From Octopus vulgaris (taxonomy: Eukaryota), in contig OX597823.1 in the NCBI GenBank assembly GCA_951406725.2, positions 52,142,001 through 52,206,000 of the forward strand: DNA of 64,000 bases, read 5' to 3'. Made by a program: the position numbers and the translations under genes. The notes under the pieces were generated by a model. It searched no databases and was not told where the DNA came from. It was given only the letters and a program-made list of their open reading frames with translations. Below are positions 12,900 through 26,495 of this stretch, in pieces. Numbering within the stretch: position 1 is the stretch's first letter; every line of letters starts with the position of its first letter.

Positions 12900-14070
12900 A
12901 ATATAAATCTATTGCCTATAAGCTGTGAGTTCCATATTGGTTCATCATAAATGTTTTCTCTTTCTATATGAACCTTCAGTATTGCAAAACATTTTTTCCC
13001 TGTCCCATAGATCGTTATCAGTTCTATTCTGATTGCACTGTTCTACTGTTTGTAATGGACTGTTCCACTGGTAAGTCTTAAATTTTATGGTGTGAATACC
13101 TTTTGTTTCTATTATGTCTTTTGCATGACCATCAGGGCAATCCTTCTTGTAGACAGCATTCTAAAATGCTTCAGCAATAATGTATTGTCACATGGAACAC
13201 GAGGAAGTAAATATTTCCACATTGGTGTAAAAAACACCATTTGAGCATGGTGCCTTCCTTTCACCTAGCATCGATCCTATCAGAGTTATTATTGATGTAA
13301 TGTTAGTGGTGGTAGTTAACTTCTTCCTAGTCCATGTTGTGAATCTTTTTTAATTGTGCCAGTCTCATAGTATCCCAACTGTTGGTATCAGTACTGGTAC
13401 ACAAAAGCACTATATGGTATGGTCTTATTGAATACTGACAGCTCTTACTTCTATACGTTCTGAAGTCAAGTGAAATATTACTTTGTCACTCTAGTTTTAT
13501 TCTCAGTAGCAATGTATATAACATTCCCATCAATTCAGTTGATATCAGCTATCATTGGAGGCAGGCCAATGGGTTATCCATATTCTTTGGCTGATCTACA
13601 CTGTTTATTTGAACCTCAAGTGACTATCAAAAATGAATATTCATTTTGATCAAGCTTTCATTCTATGTCCCAAGAGAATGTTATGACCAGTTCTAATTGT
13701 CTCTTGGTTTTCTAAATATTACCTGAATACAGCTTCAGATACAAACAAAAAAAGGGTGGATGACATTAATTTTCTGATCAGCAACTGATTATATTGTGAG
13801 CCATGGCATTTCCACAATAGAGCTGCCATGATGAACAGCATTACAGACAGTTGTCACCCTGGAAAATTCTCTTCAATAACCTAATTCTCTTGTAACGATA
13901 ATAGTTTCTTCAGTTCTTAGTAAAGGCTGTGTCTAGCTTTCAGCAGACTTCACCAATGCTGCTTCATTCCCTTTGTTGAAAAGGTGATATTTAGCACAAA
14001 CCCCAAACTGCTTTCTTTTCTCCATCCTGCTCACCAATCAGCATCTCAAATGTTTTACATTGATCTTTGA
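12900..14070 (-). pseudogene. R4/Dong-like reverse transcriptase remnant
   Basis: Minus-strand fragments RIFQGD, HPFF..LKLY and TRKKLT...SDRID..KEG, heavily frameshifted. Confidence 0.6.
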
Positions 14071-14713
14071 GAAACACAGTCATGTGAATGCTTTTTGATT
14101 GCTTGTTTTTTTTTTAAAAGACTGATCCAATTTCTTCAAAGAATTCAAGCTGATGACTAGCAAAGTGACAAGACATTTCTTTTACACTTTTATTAGTGAA
14201 GTCTCTTCCAGGGAATTGTGTATTTGTGTGCACATTCATGTGTGTATTGGCATGCACTTGCATAACAATCTATTGAGCTAATTATCTACACAGACAAAGA
14301 GAGACAGACAGACAAAAAAACAGGCAGACAGGCAGATGGACGGGTGGACAAAAATACAGACAGACATATACATGTTATCACAAACTTCCCTACTCTTTCT
14401 TTGTCTCTCATCCTCACCATCACAACCATTCCTTTCCATTTCTGTGACACTACATGGAGAATAAAGTATGTGTATGTATGAATATACTTGTACTTATGTA
14501 ATGAATGTGTTTGCACATCTCTTTAAGTACAAGAGAGTGTATAATAACACTCTATGTATGTGTATGGATGCCATAAAGACATATGTCTGTCTGTAATATG
14601 TTCTATTTCAGAAACTTGAAGGGAAATTCTTGGACTTGGTAGTCATGAGTCAATTTGTTTTGTTCTTTCTTAAGCATTTCTTAACTTTCATGCAAATATT
14701 TTGATATGTTAAA

Positions 14714-14975
14714 GTGCATGGCCTAATGGTGAGGCTGTTGCACTCGTGATCACTAGATCATGGGTTCAATTCCCTGACTGGGTGATGTGTTGTGGTTCTT
14801 GAGCAAGACACTTCATGTTGCTCCAGTCCCCCTTTTGAGGTGGGAGAAATGTTGGCCCGCTTACCTAGCCAGTGGGGTGGCATCATTTGAAAGCTAAAAC
14901 AATGCAAAATGCATTGTGACCAGTGGTGTGTAACAACATCTGACAGTCTGGTCAGTCACTTAATCATGTGATGTG
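14714..14975 (+). mobile_element. SINE family B (tRNA head plus CORE-like block)
   Basis: TGGCCTAATGG A-box, GGTTCAATTCC B-box, TTGAGCAAGACACTT block. Confidence 0.75.
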
Positions 14976-15054
14976 TGATTTTATGATATAGTTCAGTAGT
15001 TCTCAACTAGGATCCACATGGTCCTTGGTGGGGGGATTCATATAAGATTTTCTT

Positions 15055-15210
15055 ACATCAACCCCAATACACAACTGGTACTTAATTTATTGACACTGAA
15101 AGGATGAAAGGCAAAGTCGACATTGGTGGAATTTGAACTCAGAATGTAGTGGTAGATGAAATACCGCTAAGCATTTCACCCAGCATGCTAACGGTTCTGC
15201 CAGCTTGACA
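15055..15210 (-). mobile_element. SINE family C
   Basis: Reverse complement of 15303-15517. Confidence 0.8.
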
Positions 15211-15302
15211 CCTTCCTGTCCCATAAGAATAATATCAGGAGTATAGTACAAGACAACCACCCAAGATGCCATTGTGATTGCTATTATTAATATGGTTATG
15301 AA

Positions 15303-15517
15303 AGGCAGCAAGCTAGCAGAATTGCTAGCATGCCAGGCTAAATGCTTAGCAGCAGCATTTTGTCCATCTTTGGGTTCTGAGTACAAATTCCACCAAGGTC
15401 AACTTTATCTTTCATCCTTTCAAGGTCAATAAATTAAGTACCAGTTGAGTGCTGGGGTCGATGTGATTGGCTATCCCCTGCAACAAATTCCAAACCTTGT
15501 ACTTTTAGTAGAAAGGA
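15303..15517 (+). mobile_element. SINE family C
   Basis: GGCAGCAAGCTAGCAGAA head and CTTTCATCCTTTC..GGTCAATAAATTAAGTACCAG body. A further partial copy lies at 15590-15770. Confidence 0.8.
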
Positions 15518-15538
15518 CCGTTGTTGTTGTTGTTGTTG

Positions 15539-15587
<49 letters not shown>

Positions 15588-15839
15588 TAAGGCAGTGAGC
15601 TAGCAGAAGCATTTGCACATCGAACAAAATGCCTAATGGCATTTCATCTGTCTTTACTTTCTGAGTTCAAATTTTGCCATGGGTCGATGAATTAAATCCC
15701 AGTTGAGTACTGAGGTTCTTGCAATCAGCAACAAATTCCAGGCCTTGTGCCTTTAGAAGAAAGGATTATTAATATGGTTATTGTCTCCAGGAATGGTCAA
15801 CATTGGTCAGTAACGCTGTCTGAGAAGACCTTTAAAATG

Positions 15840-16275
15840 AAGGTGAGTGGTAATGATGAGGGGGAGGCAGGAATGACAGTGATAGTACCTGAGCAAAAGA
15901 TGATGCCAATGACAACAGTAATGCCGATGATGATGATGATGATGATGATGATGAAGGTGATGACAATGACTGTGATGACGATGATGGCAATGGTGATGAC
16001 GAAGATGATAATAGCAATTTGAATGATAGAAATTATAATAATGAGGTAGAGGATGGTGGTGATGATGATGATGATGATTGATGAAGATGATGATAATTGA
16101 TGAAGATGCCAGAGCAGAAAGAGAAAGATTATTTGGAATGAATAATTGCAATACTTAATATACTAATGACTGAATATGACAATGGAAGCAGTAGCAGCAG
16201 CGATGGTGGTGGAGGTGGAGGTGGTGGTGGTGTTGGTGTTGGTGGCAGCGGCGGTGGTGGTGGTGGTGGTGGTAG
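15840..16275. repeat. Compound (GAT)n/(GGT)n trinucleotide region
   Basis: Directly visible. Explains the poly-M/H/S/T ORFs. Confidence 0.9.
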
Positions 16276-16779
16276 ATGGGTAATCTTTTTTACAAGTTAT
16301 GAGAACAGGATATAAATGGACAAAGAATATTGTTGTCTTTCTTCTCCATGTAGCGTCACAGAAACAGAAAGGAATGGTTGTGACTGTGAGGATGAGAGAC
16401 AAAGGAAGAGTAAGGAAGCTGGTGATAGCATGTATATGTCTGTCTGTCTGTCTGTCAGTCCTTTTGTCTATATAGTTAAATAGCTAGATAGATTGTTATG
16501 TGAGCATGCATGTGCCCATACACATAAAGGCATAAGTATATTTGTATGCATAGCATCAACTTCATCATTTAACATCCATGCTCCATGGATGTTGGACAAG
16601 TTGTCAGGATGTGATGGGTCCAAGGACTACATCATGCTCCAGGATCTGCTTTGGCATGGCTTCTATAACTGGATGTCCTTCCTAATACTAACCACATTAC
16701 AGTCCAACCTATACAAGCATTAAACAATGATGATGATGATGATAATGATTACTGCATGTAATTGGTGCTGATTTTTTGT

Positions 16780-17003
16780 CATGGCTTAGTGGTTAGGGCG
16801 TTGGACTTATGTTCGTAAGATTGTGGTTTCGATTGCCGGACCGGGCAACATGTGTTCTTGAACAAAACATATCATTTCACTTTGTCCCTGTCCACTCAGC
16901 TGGCAAAAATAAGTAATCCTGTGGCAGACCAGTGTCCCTCCCATCCAAGTGGGAAACAAGCCCTCATGAGTCAGTACAACTTGAAAATGTAACTTACTTT
17001 TTT
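16780..17003 (+). mobile_element. SINE family B
   Basis: TGGCTTAGTGG head, GTCCACTCAGCTGGCAAAAAT body. Confidence 0.75.
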
Positions 17004-17004
17004 A

Positions 17005-17306
17005 GTGGAGGTGTGTGGCTTAGGGGTTAGGGTGTTGGATTCATGACTGTAAGATTGCGGTTTTGATTCCTGGACCAGGCAAGATACTCTCTCGCTTTAC
17101 TCTTTTACATGTTTCAGTCATTTGACTGCAGCCATGCTGGAGCACCACCTTTAGTCGAGCAAATCGACCCTGGGAATTATTCTTTGTAAGCCCAGCACTT
17201 ATTCTATCGGTCCCTTTTGCCGAACCACTAAGTGACGGGGACGTAAACACACCAGCATCGGTTGTCAAGCAATGCTAGGGGGACAAACAGATACACAAAC
17301 AGACAG

Positions 17307-17337
<31 letters not shown>

Positions 17338-17674
17338 CATATATACGACAGGCTTCTTTGCATTTCCGTCTAATAAATCCACTCACAAGGCTTTGGTTGG
17401 CCCGAGGCTATAGCAAAAGACACTTGTCCAAGATGCCTCACAGTGAGACTGAACCTGGAACCATATGGTTGGTAAGCAAGCTACTTACTACACAGCCACT
17501 CCTGCACCTATGTTGAGTTCTTGAGCAAAACACCTCATTTCATGTTGCTTCAGTCCACTCAGCTGGCAAGAATGAGTCATCTTGTGATGGACCAACATCC
17601 TGTCCTGGTGGGAAACCTGGAAACCAACCCTTATGAGTCGACATGACTCGAGAAAGTTAACTTTACTGTTTTAC
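17005..17674 (+). mobile_element. SINE family B interrupted by a family A SINE
   Basis: Head at 17005-17086. Body resumes at about 17510 (TGTTGAGTTCTTGAGCAAAACAC). Confidence 0.75.
17087..17509 (-). mobile_element. SINE family A (nested)
   Basis: Full-length match to 36161-36573. Confidence 0.9.
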
Positions 17675-18446
17675 CACTAGTGAGGTTGCCATGCAACTTG
17701 CAAGACTACAGATTTCTGAAAGGTAAGCTTGGTACTTGGAGATGAGGGATTAAATTATGAGAGAAGGGGTGAAAGCAGAACAGGTTTATTCTTGTAAAGG
17801 AGCTACAAGGCTACTCACATTTTAGAAAAGAAAGCAGGAGTGATCAGATAAAACTGGGAGGAGAAAAAAATAGTGACAATGATGAGATGGGTGGATCCTT
17901 AAGGTAGAAGGAACTGTGAGTGTAGGTGGGTAGAAGTTGCAAAAGTGTATGTGGGAGGGAGATGGGGAGTGGATAAGAGGAGGTGGGAACAACTAAAGAT
18001 TTGGTACGGTTGAAATATGAATAAAGTGAAAGATAAAGGGTGACAGTGACTAGTCATGAGTTGGATGGTGGTGGTGGGGAGTGGATGACTTACATTGCAG
18101 AAAAAAAGTGAGTGGAGAACAGCAGAAAGGTAATGATGATACAGTAGACAGGAGAAGGATGAACAAGAGTATTTGGTTGAGTAGGTTGCAGGAAAGTAGG
18201 TGAGGAAGGGGCAGACACTGTACATGAAGGGAGAGATGCATGGTGGCAGGAGAGAAAAAATTATTTGGTGGCTCGGTGGGGATGTAATCAATATAAAGTG
18301 GGGGTAAAAAGATCAGTATTAATATAGATATTTTATGGCTCAGTGGTTAGAGCATGGGGCTCACAATCATGAAGTAGTGAGTTCAGTTCCCAGACTGAGC
18401 TGTAAGTTGTGTTGAGCAAATCACTTTATTTCATATTGCACCAGTT

Positions 18447-19151
18447 CTCTCATCATTTCCAGGACCTCAATGTAGGTGGCAGAGTTAACTTTAAGGCCGT
18501 GTGGAAAGATGTAAGGGGGCATCACATGTCCCTCATTACTGACAACCCCTAAAACCATGACAGTTGCATGAAATTTTGTATGCATAACACTTGGAACTCC
18601 AGAAGGGTCTGCACATAGCCATCTATCATTTCTTCTGTTAACTTTTTGATCTTGGTCAAATTTTCTTCGTTTGAGAAAAACCAAATCAAATCTTTTTCTG
18701 CTGGATTTTTCTATTTGTTTAAGGACATTTTAGATCTGATGTAGTGATTTTCTTTTGCTTTGGCACATAGAGATCTTTTGCAATTGACCTCATGAACTTT
18801 CTGAGATTGTAGTCAATGATCTGTTGAACTTGCTGGATAAATTCAGGTGTTCTGATTATTTCAGAGTATCTAGAATGCTTTTTCTGCTTTGATACTGGTG
18901 ATGTGTTCCCGTCTTCAGTATCTAGTTCTATACAAACTTTGCAGATGAAAAATCTGGCTAATTTTAAAAATCAAGATATTTCTAAATCGCTATGTTCAGC
19001 TTTTATAACCACAATAACAGCATGATTCTTCATTTCTTGAGTAAGCTGAGGGTCTGCCATTATTATTTTCTGAAACAAAGATTATACAGTGTTAGCAAAA
19101 AATGCAGCAATGACCAAAAAAAAAATATCCTCAAATACCTTAGGCACCCTG
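18447..19151 (-). pseudogene. Tc1/mariner superfamily transposase remnant (maT/DD37D-like)
   Basis: WFFSNE.(frameshift)FDQDQKVNRRNDRW...TKFHATVMVLGVVSNEGHVMPPYIFPHGLKVNSATYIEVL. Terminus CAGGGTG near 19150. Confidence 0.8.
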
Positions 19152-19419
19152 TGCATAGACATCTTTTACTTGCTTCAATCACTAGACTGTGGCCATGATG
19201 AGAACACCACCTTGAAGAATCTTAGTTGAACAAATTGGCAGAATATTTATTTTTTTTTAAATCTGGAACTGATTCTAATGTTCTCTTTAGCTGAACCACT
19301 AAGTTATGGTGACATATAGACACCAACACCACTTGGCAAGTAACAAACACAGAAAGACAGACAGACAGACAGACATACACACAAACATAGAAAGGGCTTC
19401 CTTCAAATCCACTCACAAG

Positions 19420-19578
19420 CACAAGTGTAGCTGGATGTGGGCAGTAGAAGCAATCTGTCCCAAGGAGCACTTTTAAAGGGGCAGCATTTTTGTGTCTGCT
19501 GTAGGCAATATGTATTTCTTGAGGGGTGTTGGGGTGGCAAGCAGAACTCAAGCAGCACACACTCTAGCTATGCTAGAG
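19420..19578. mobile_element. hAT-like MITE inserted in a degenerate family A SINE (~19160-19700)
   Basis: Exact 8-bp direct repeat CTCACAAG at 19412-19419 and 19579-19586. Degenerate TIRs with GTAGCTGG/CTAGCTAT. Confidence 0.65.
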
Positions 19579-20127
19579 CTCACAAGGCTTTGGTTGGCCT
19601 GGGCCTATAGTACATGACACAAGGTTCCACAGTATGGGGCTGAACCCAGAACCATGTGGTTGGAAAGCAAACATCTTACCAGAGAGCCACATCTGCACCT
19701 ATCTACAGCCATGCCTGTACAAACACCTTATAATATACATACACATGCACATTCATATAAATATAGATACATGCAACCAACATTATAGTTACGCATACAA
19801 AAGTAGAAATAGATAGACATGTATATAGACACCATTACACATACACATACATACACTTGTGCCTTTATAGAGATACACATACTATAAATTGTCTCAATGG
19901 TAACATTACATTTATTATACAAACTCAGATGGGTAATCTAATTGTAAGTTATATGTCTGCAAAAAAAGATCTATTCTTTAATGAAACACATTATTGAATA
20001 AATCTATGGATTTTGTTTATATGCATGTGTGCCTGTGTGTGTGTGAGTGTCCATGTACATTTATGAATATGTATATATACACGTATGTATATATGTATAT
20101 CAATTTATCTATCTATCTATTTATATT

Positions 20128-20160
<33 letters not shown>

Positions 20161-20169
20161 AGATATGTA

Positions 20170-20522
20170 TATCTCACATCTATTTTCATTCCTCTACCTC
20201 ACTCTCTATTTCACATCTTATCTAAATTAACTATTGCTTAACCATCTTCTCACACCGTCTCTGATGAAGGGATATAATAAATATCCTTGAAACAACTGTA
20301 AGAAGACCTTCTATTTATAAATGTTCTAAAATCTACACAACCTTGGTTTTTTTTATCTCATTACAAAAAAATTTTATATACACACACTGATATATGACCT
20401 AAGTTGGACCCCTTATTTGCATAATCACCGAATCTGGAACTTAACTATGGTCTATCCATAGCACTTATTCAGCATTACCTGACATCTTTGGGTCTCACTG
20501 ACACCATTACCTCTCATAACCT
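20170..20522 (+). mobile_element. PLE pseudo-LTR-like repeat carrying an HHR
   Basis: Shared with 2955-3183. Contains the HHR at 20257-20307. Confidence 0.7.
20257..20307 (+). ncRNA. Minimal type I hammerhead ribozyme
   Basis: TCT-CTGATGA-AGGGATAT(aataa)ATATCCTT-GAAACAACTGTA-AGA. The sister copy has ...AGCTGTA AGACC, implying palindromic ACAGCTGT. Confidence 0.75.
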
Positions 20523-21209
20523 CAATGTATATATGATGTGTTATGAATTTATGGAAAGAAATTCCATAAAACGTAACAATTTAGTTAAAAATGGAGAAGT
20601 GAAATTGTTAGAATATATAAGAGGAACTTAATTTATGAAGACGATCTAATTATCTTTACTCATCTATAGAGGGAACATCACTGAAACCTTTTTTACTTAT
20701 ATTTTCAAATAACTGTTATAGCCTTTAGTTGTAGTTAATACCTAACTGGACTCACATCTCCTTTTCTCATAAGAATAAATATGAATCTCCTAGATTCTGT
20801 TCTGTTATTTCCTTGCACCAAAGAGTACATTGGTATATAATTAATTAATTTAATTAATATAATTTAATTCAATCAATCATGAATTTGCATTATTTTAAAT
20901 CTCAGTACGAAGCGATCATCTGCATGAATTACAATTCTCGTATCTATTTTAACAACTTATCTTTTTTCATTTTTTACTAAATTGTTGAATTTTAAGGGAT
21001 TTCTTTCCATAAATTCACAACACATCATATACAAGTATTATTTTCATATCTGCAAATTCACACCTGTAAACTACCAGCAAATATGAAGAATCAATATTAG
21101 AAATCCTTTTTAAAAACCTCCAAATTAAAGGATGAATCTAAGTTTAACGTTTTTACACACACATATACACACATATATGAGTGTGCGTATATGTATATAT
21201 ATGTGTGTG

Positions 21210-21247
<38 letters not shown>

Positions 21248-21494
21248 TATATGTGCATGTGTGTATATGTATATATATATACACATACACACATATCAAT
21301 ATATATGCATGTACATGTATATACTTATACATGCACACACATACACATATACACACACATGCACACCACACACATAAATACACCCTGCCCATGTTTTTGA
21401 TGGCAAAGGAGAACAACAAAATATTACAAAAATTCAATTTCTATTTCTGGACATAGCGTTCAGACTATGGAAATATTTCAGCCTATTACTTGAC

Positions 21495-21540
<46 letters not shown>

Positions 21541-21593
21541 CATATATAAATATATATATATGTGTGTATATATATATACATATATATATATAC

Positions 21594-21625
<32 letters not shown>

Positions 21626-22479
21626 AGTAACAGGTTGACTTTCCTCCTATTGGTACTTAAAGATTCCTGGATGTAGAAGCACATCCGTCACCTTGGACAT
21701 TCAGAAGCAAAGTCTTACTACCACTTGTTTGGTTACTCACTCATGTGTGTGTGTGTGTGTGTACGTGTGTGCATGCGTGTGCATACACACAGACACACAC
21801 ACACACACATACACACACATACATGCAAACAGACCACACGTATCGACGTCCATACATATGTCAATGTTATACATATGTCAGGCTTGAACGATTTCTCCCC
21901 CAGCAAGGCACCAACTCTGACATAGAATGTTTCTGACCAAAATATGTTCTTGAACAGCTCTGCTCATACATCAACAATACAATATTCTGATGCTGTTTCC
22001 CTTGAGCTTAAGATTCTGATATTTTATGGTATTTACCTACAGTATTTTTGCTTGTATGATGGTGTCTTCCTGTAGAAGTAACCTCTACCAAGTCTATGCG
22101 TAAGCTACTACTAAAGACGTAATTTTTTTAATGTGTCTGCTTTGGCTACATGTGACATCTTTGGTGCACACTCATGTTTACATGTGTGTGCATGTATGAT
22201 GTATGTAATATGTATATGTAAGTATGTGTGTGTATGAGAGTGTATGCATATATCTGCATCTGTGTATGTATATATATACATATATAAATAAACTTATATA
22301 TGTGTGTGTGTCTGTCTGTATCTGTGTATTTATGTATGTATATACGTGTATATATATTATACACACTCATACTCACATATTTGTAAAATACTAAATTTTC
22401 AATTAGATGTAGTTGAATACATTAGGATATATATTACTTCCATTTCTAAAGAATACATGATATGCATGTGTTTGTGTGT

Positions 22480-22499
22480 GTGTATGTGTATATATATAT

Positions 22500-22552
<53 letters not shown>

Positions 22553-22556
22553 TCTG

Positions 22557-22592
<36 letters not shown>

Positions 22593-22670
22593 CATACATA
22601 TCTGTATATATATATATATATATACATATCTGTATATATACATATATATATATGTATGTATATATATATG

Positions 22671-22721
<51 letters not shown>

Positions 22722-22745
22722 GTATATATATATGTATATATATGT

Positions 22746-22802
<57 letters not shown>
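22480..22802. repeat. Long imperfect (TA)n microsatellite
   Basis: Directly visible. Similar tracts at 3235-3487, 32460-32700 and 42415-42540. Confidence 0.95.
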
Positions 22803-22804
<2 letters not shown>

Positions 22805-23569
22805 TAGATAATAGATAAATAGATAGATAAATAAATAGATACACATGCATATATATATATAGTTATATACAAATACATACATATATATATATAGTGAGAG
22901 AGAGAAAGAGAGTGGTGGGGATGACCTATGCATGTATACATGTGTCTGCATATATATGTGTATGCAGGTATGGTTGTGTCAATAAGTAAATATCCCTATC
23001 TATGTCTGTATGCTATTCGCTACATATGTATGCATAAGTTTGCATGCTTATGTGAATATGAAATTAATTATTCCCTGGGTGGCTAACTTAGTCCAGTCAA
23101 GCATTTTGTCAATCCAATATAATGTGTTAGGCATAGTTGCATCTTTTTACTGCTTCACATGCAAACAGCTCATCAAGGTTGCCAGAGATTGACCCTATGG
23201 AATGGCCGTAATTGACCTATTTTGAACCATTACTCATTTCTGGTCATCTATCAGATACTTATCAACAACAACAGTAACAACAACAACTACAACAATCACA
23301 ACAATGATAACAACAACAGCAACAAGAACAATGACAACAACATCGACAACAATCACAATGATGATAACAACAACACCAACAGCAAAAACAATGTAAATGA
23401 AGCTGCATTATCGTGTCTATCTAGTTTTGCTTTTATTCACAGAAGAATAGTTATTATTACAGATGTACACATACATGTGTATATGTGTATGTGTATGCAT
23501 GTGTATACATATGCATACATACACATATATATATACATATATACATACATGCATATATATATATGAGTG

Positions 23570-23653
<84 letters not shown>

Positions 23654-23757
23654 TGTATATTTGAATGCATTAAGATAGTGATACTTAATTTAAAACAAAA
23701 ATCTCAGCTAGTTAGTTTTTCTCTCTATATATATATATGTATGTGTGTATGTATCAA

Positions 23758-23809
<52 letters not shown>

Positions 23810-24412
23810 ATAGACAGAAAGAGAGAGATAGGTAATCATAATCATCATCTTTATCATTAGCAGCTTCATCAGCATCGTCATCATCACTATCATATGTCCA
23901 ATTTTCATGCAGTTCAGATTGTCACTGTCCAAGTCAATTCTTATTCAACATTACTGGCCTTCTATGTGGGTTAAAGCACCATAACTTGCTCAAGCTCTTT
24001 GCTCAAACTCCTCCAATGCATATATATGTGTGTGTGTGTGTGTGTGTATATATACATATATATACATAGATACATATGTTTGATTGTGGCAAATTTGTGA
24101 TTCTTGATGTATGATGGTACACTTAATGGTATTCTTAAACTGTTGCCAGTTTAACACTGCCATTTAGTCTTTAGTTGTCTTTTGCAGAGTTCACTGTGTT
24201 GCAAACATTTGGTTCAATTCTTTGATTTGAGGATAACTTACTCCCCTCATTCCACCAACCTCAAAGCCCTGAGAAGGAACAGGGTCACTATTCTTTCTCC
24301 TTTAACTAATCAGTAACAATAAGAATGGATGAGAAAGGATTATAGCTTCAAAGCATCTTACATAAATTTCTTTTTATTGTTATTATGAAAGAACATGGCC
24401 AAGCGGTTAGAG

Positions 24413-25016
24413 CGGTGGTTCTCATCTGGTACCCATATGATCCTTGGGGGTCCATATAAGATTTTTGGGTGTCAACACTTGCTGAATAGTAAATTGGGGA
24501 TCAACAGCAGATTCTTAAGTGTCCATGGAAAAATATTTTTGCTTCAGATGTATTTATATTGCAAGAAACAGCTGAGTTTGTTTCTCTAACATTTTACATA
24601 GTTCAACCTACACAAGTTAATGTGTAAAAAACAAAATAGGAATTTTAAAAGAAGTTTTTAGACATCGAATGATTATGGGGGTCCATGAAAATAAAATAGT
24701 AATCAAAGGAGTCAGTAAGTAAAAAATGTTTGAGAAATAGGAAAGTGAAAGTAAAGTTACCATCTCGAGTCATGCTGACTCATAGGTGCCAGTTTCTTAG
24801 TTTCACGATATATAAATCCCCCACCTGGGTGGGGTGCTGGTCCATCACAGGATGACTCATTTTTGTCAGCTGAGTGGAATGGAACAATGTGAAATGAAGT
24901 GTTCTGCTCAAGAAAACGATGCATCTCGTGGTCCAGGAATTGAAACCATAATTTTGTGATCATGAGTCCAACACTCTAACCACTAAGCCATGTGCCACCC
25001 ACATTGAGAACCAGTG
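24413..25016. mobile_element. hAT-Charlie-like MITE with right TIR split by a SINE
   Basis: Ends CGGTGGTTCTCA and TTGAGAACCAGTG. A related fragment lies at 14994-15050. Confidence 0.7.
24740..25003 (-). mobile_element. SINE family B (nested)
   Basis: Flanked by TTGAGAA direct repeats at 24730-24736 and 25004-25010. Confidence 0.8.
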
Positions 25017-26064
25017 GATTAGGTTATTGCACACTCAATAGCTAGATCACAAGTTTGGCTCCAACAATAATTCACTGGCACTTTGAGATGGATCTGACTC
25101 AACAGTGGCTTTCAGTTCGTCATTATCTACCTTTGTTTCTGGTTGACCGCATTGCTCATTTGTAAGGTTAAAGTTACCAGAATGAAATTTTGTAAGCCAA
25201 TTTGATACTGTCTGCTGTATAAAAACATTAGATTGAAATACCCCATTAATATTCCAAGCTGTATGTGATGCTGTATTTCAAAGAAAGAACTCATATTTCA
25301 AAACTGTACAAATTTCTGACTTATCTATCACTAAACAAAAATAACAAAAAACGATTTATATATACATAATGCAGTACAAAAGGAGTTAGAATAAAGAAAT
25401 AGACGTATCAGCTTTCTAACAAAAAATAATGATTGTCAAAATATAATAATGGCGCAAAATGAGCAGCTGTCAAATACCTTACAAAAAATTTCATACTTGA
25501 TGACCTAATATATACACGTAAATGTCAAACAATGAACATGAGTGCTCAACACAGTATTGGTGGATAATTTTTTTCATTTGTATATTAAGACTACCATTGG
25601 TTTCATGTTAAGAAAATACATTAATACCTTAACAATTTTTGAAGCCAATCACATGGAGGAATGGCTTGAAAAAGTTGTTAAGATATTAACATATTTTCTT
25701 AACATGAAAACAACACACATGCACTCTCACACACACACACAAACACACATATATATATTAACACACACAATGAGCTTCTTTTAGTTTCCATCAACCAAAT
25801 CTACTCAAAAGACTTTGGTTTTCCCGAGGCTATAGAAGAAGACACTTGCCCAATGTGCCATGCAGTGGAACTGAACCTGGAACCATGTGGCTGGAAAGCA
25901 AGTCTAACTTGTAAAAGAAAAAAACACCTATTTTGTCATTTCAGACAACTTGTTCTGTTGAATCATTCTTTTGTCATTGCTATTCTTGTTGCCAAACTCC
26001 AAGACAATCCTCATTAAGCAGATCTATAATTAAGGCATTTTTACTGAAAACACCATAGATGCAT

Positions 26065-26216
26065 ATATGCAGGCATGGCTGTGCGGTAAGAAGTTTACTT
26101 CCCATTCACATGGTTCCAGGTTCAGTTCCACCTTGGGCAAGTATCTTCTACTATAGGCATGGACTGATCAAAGCCTTGTGAGTAGATTTGGTAGATGGAA
26201 ACTGAAAGAAGCCTGT

Positions 26217-26264
<48 letters not shown>

Positions 26265-26495
26265 GTGTGTGTGTGTGTGTGTCTTTGCATCTGTGTTTGT
26301 CCCCCATCACTACTTGACAACCAATGTTGGTGTGTTTATGTCCCCATAACTTAGTGGTTTGTCAAAAAAGCAATAGAATAAGTACTAGGCTTATAAAATA
26401 TATCCTGGGGTCGATTTCTTTGACTAAAACCCTTTAAGGTGGTGCTCCAGCATGGCTACAGCCAAATGACAGAAACATGTTAAAGAATAAAATAA
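26065..26495 (+). mobile_element. SINE family A
   Basis: TGGCTGTGCGG head through GGTGCTCCAGCATGG tail. Confidence 0.8.

Noticed and set aside
15747-16402. Poly-Met/His/Ser/Thr ORFs
   Set aside because: Trinucleotide repeats with no splice or homology support.
22146-22951. Long YI/CV/MY-rich ORFs here and throughout the window
   Set aside because: Translations of (TA)n, (TG)n and (TATG)n microsatellites, not genes.
23222-23566. Asn-rich ORF
   Set aside because: (AAC)n microsatellite.
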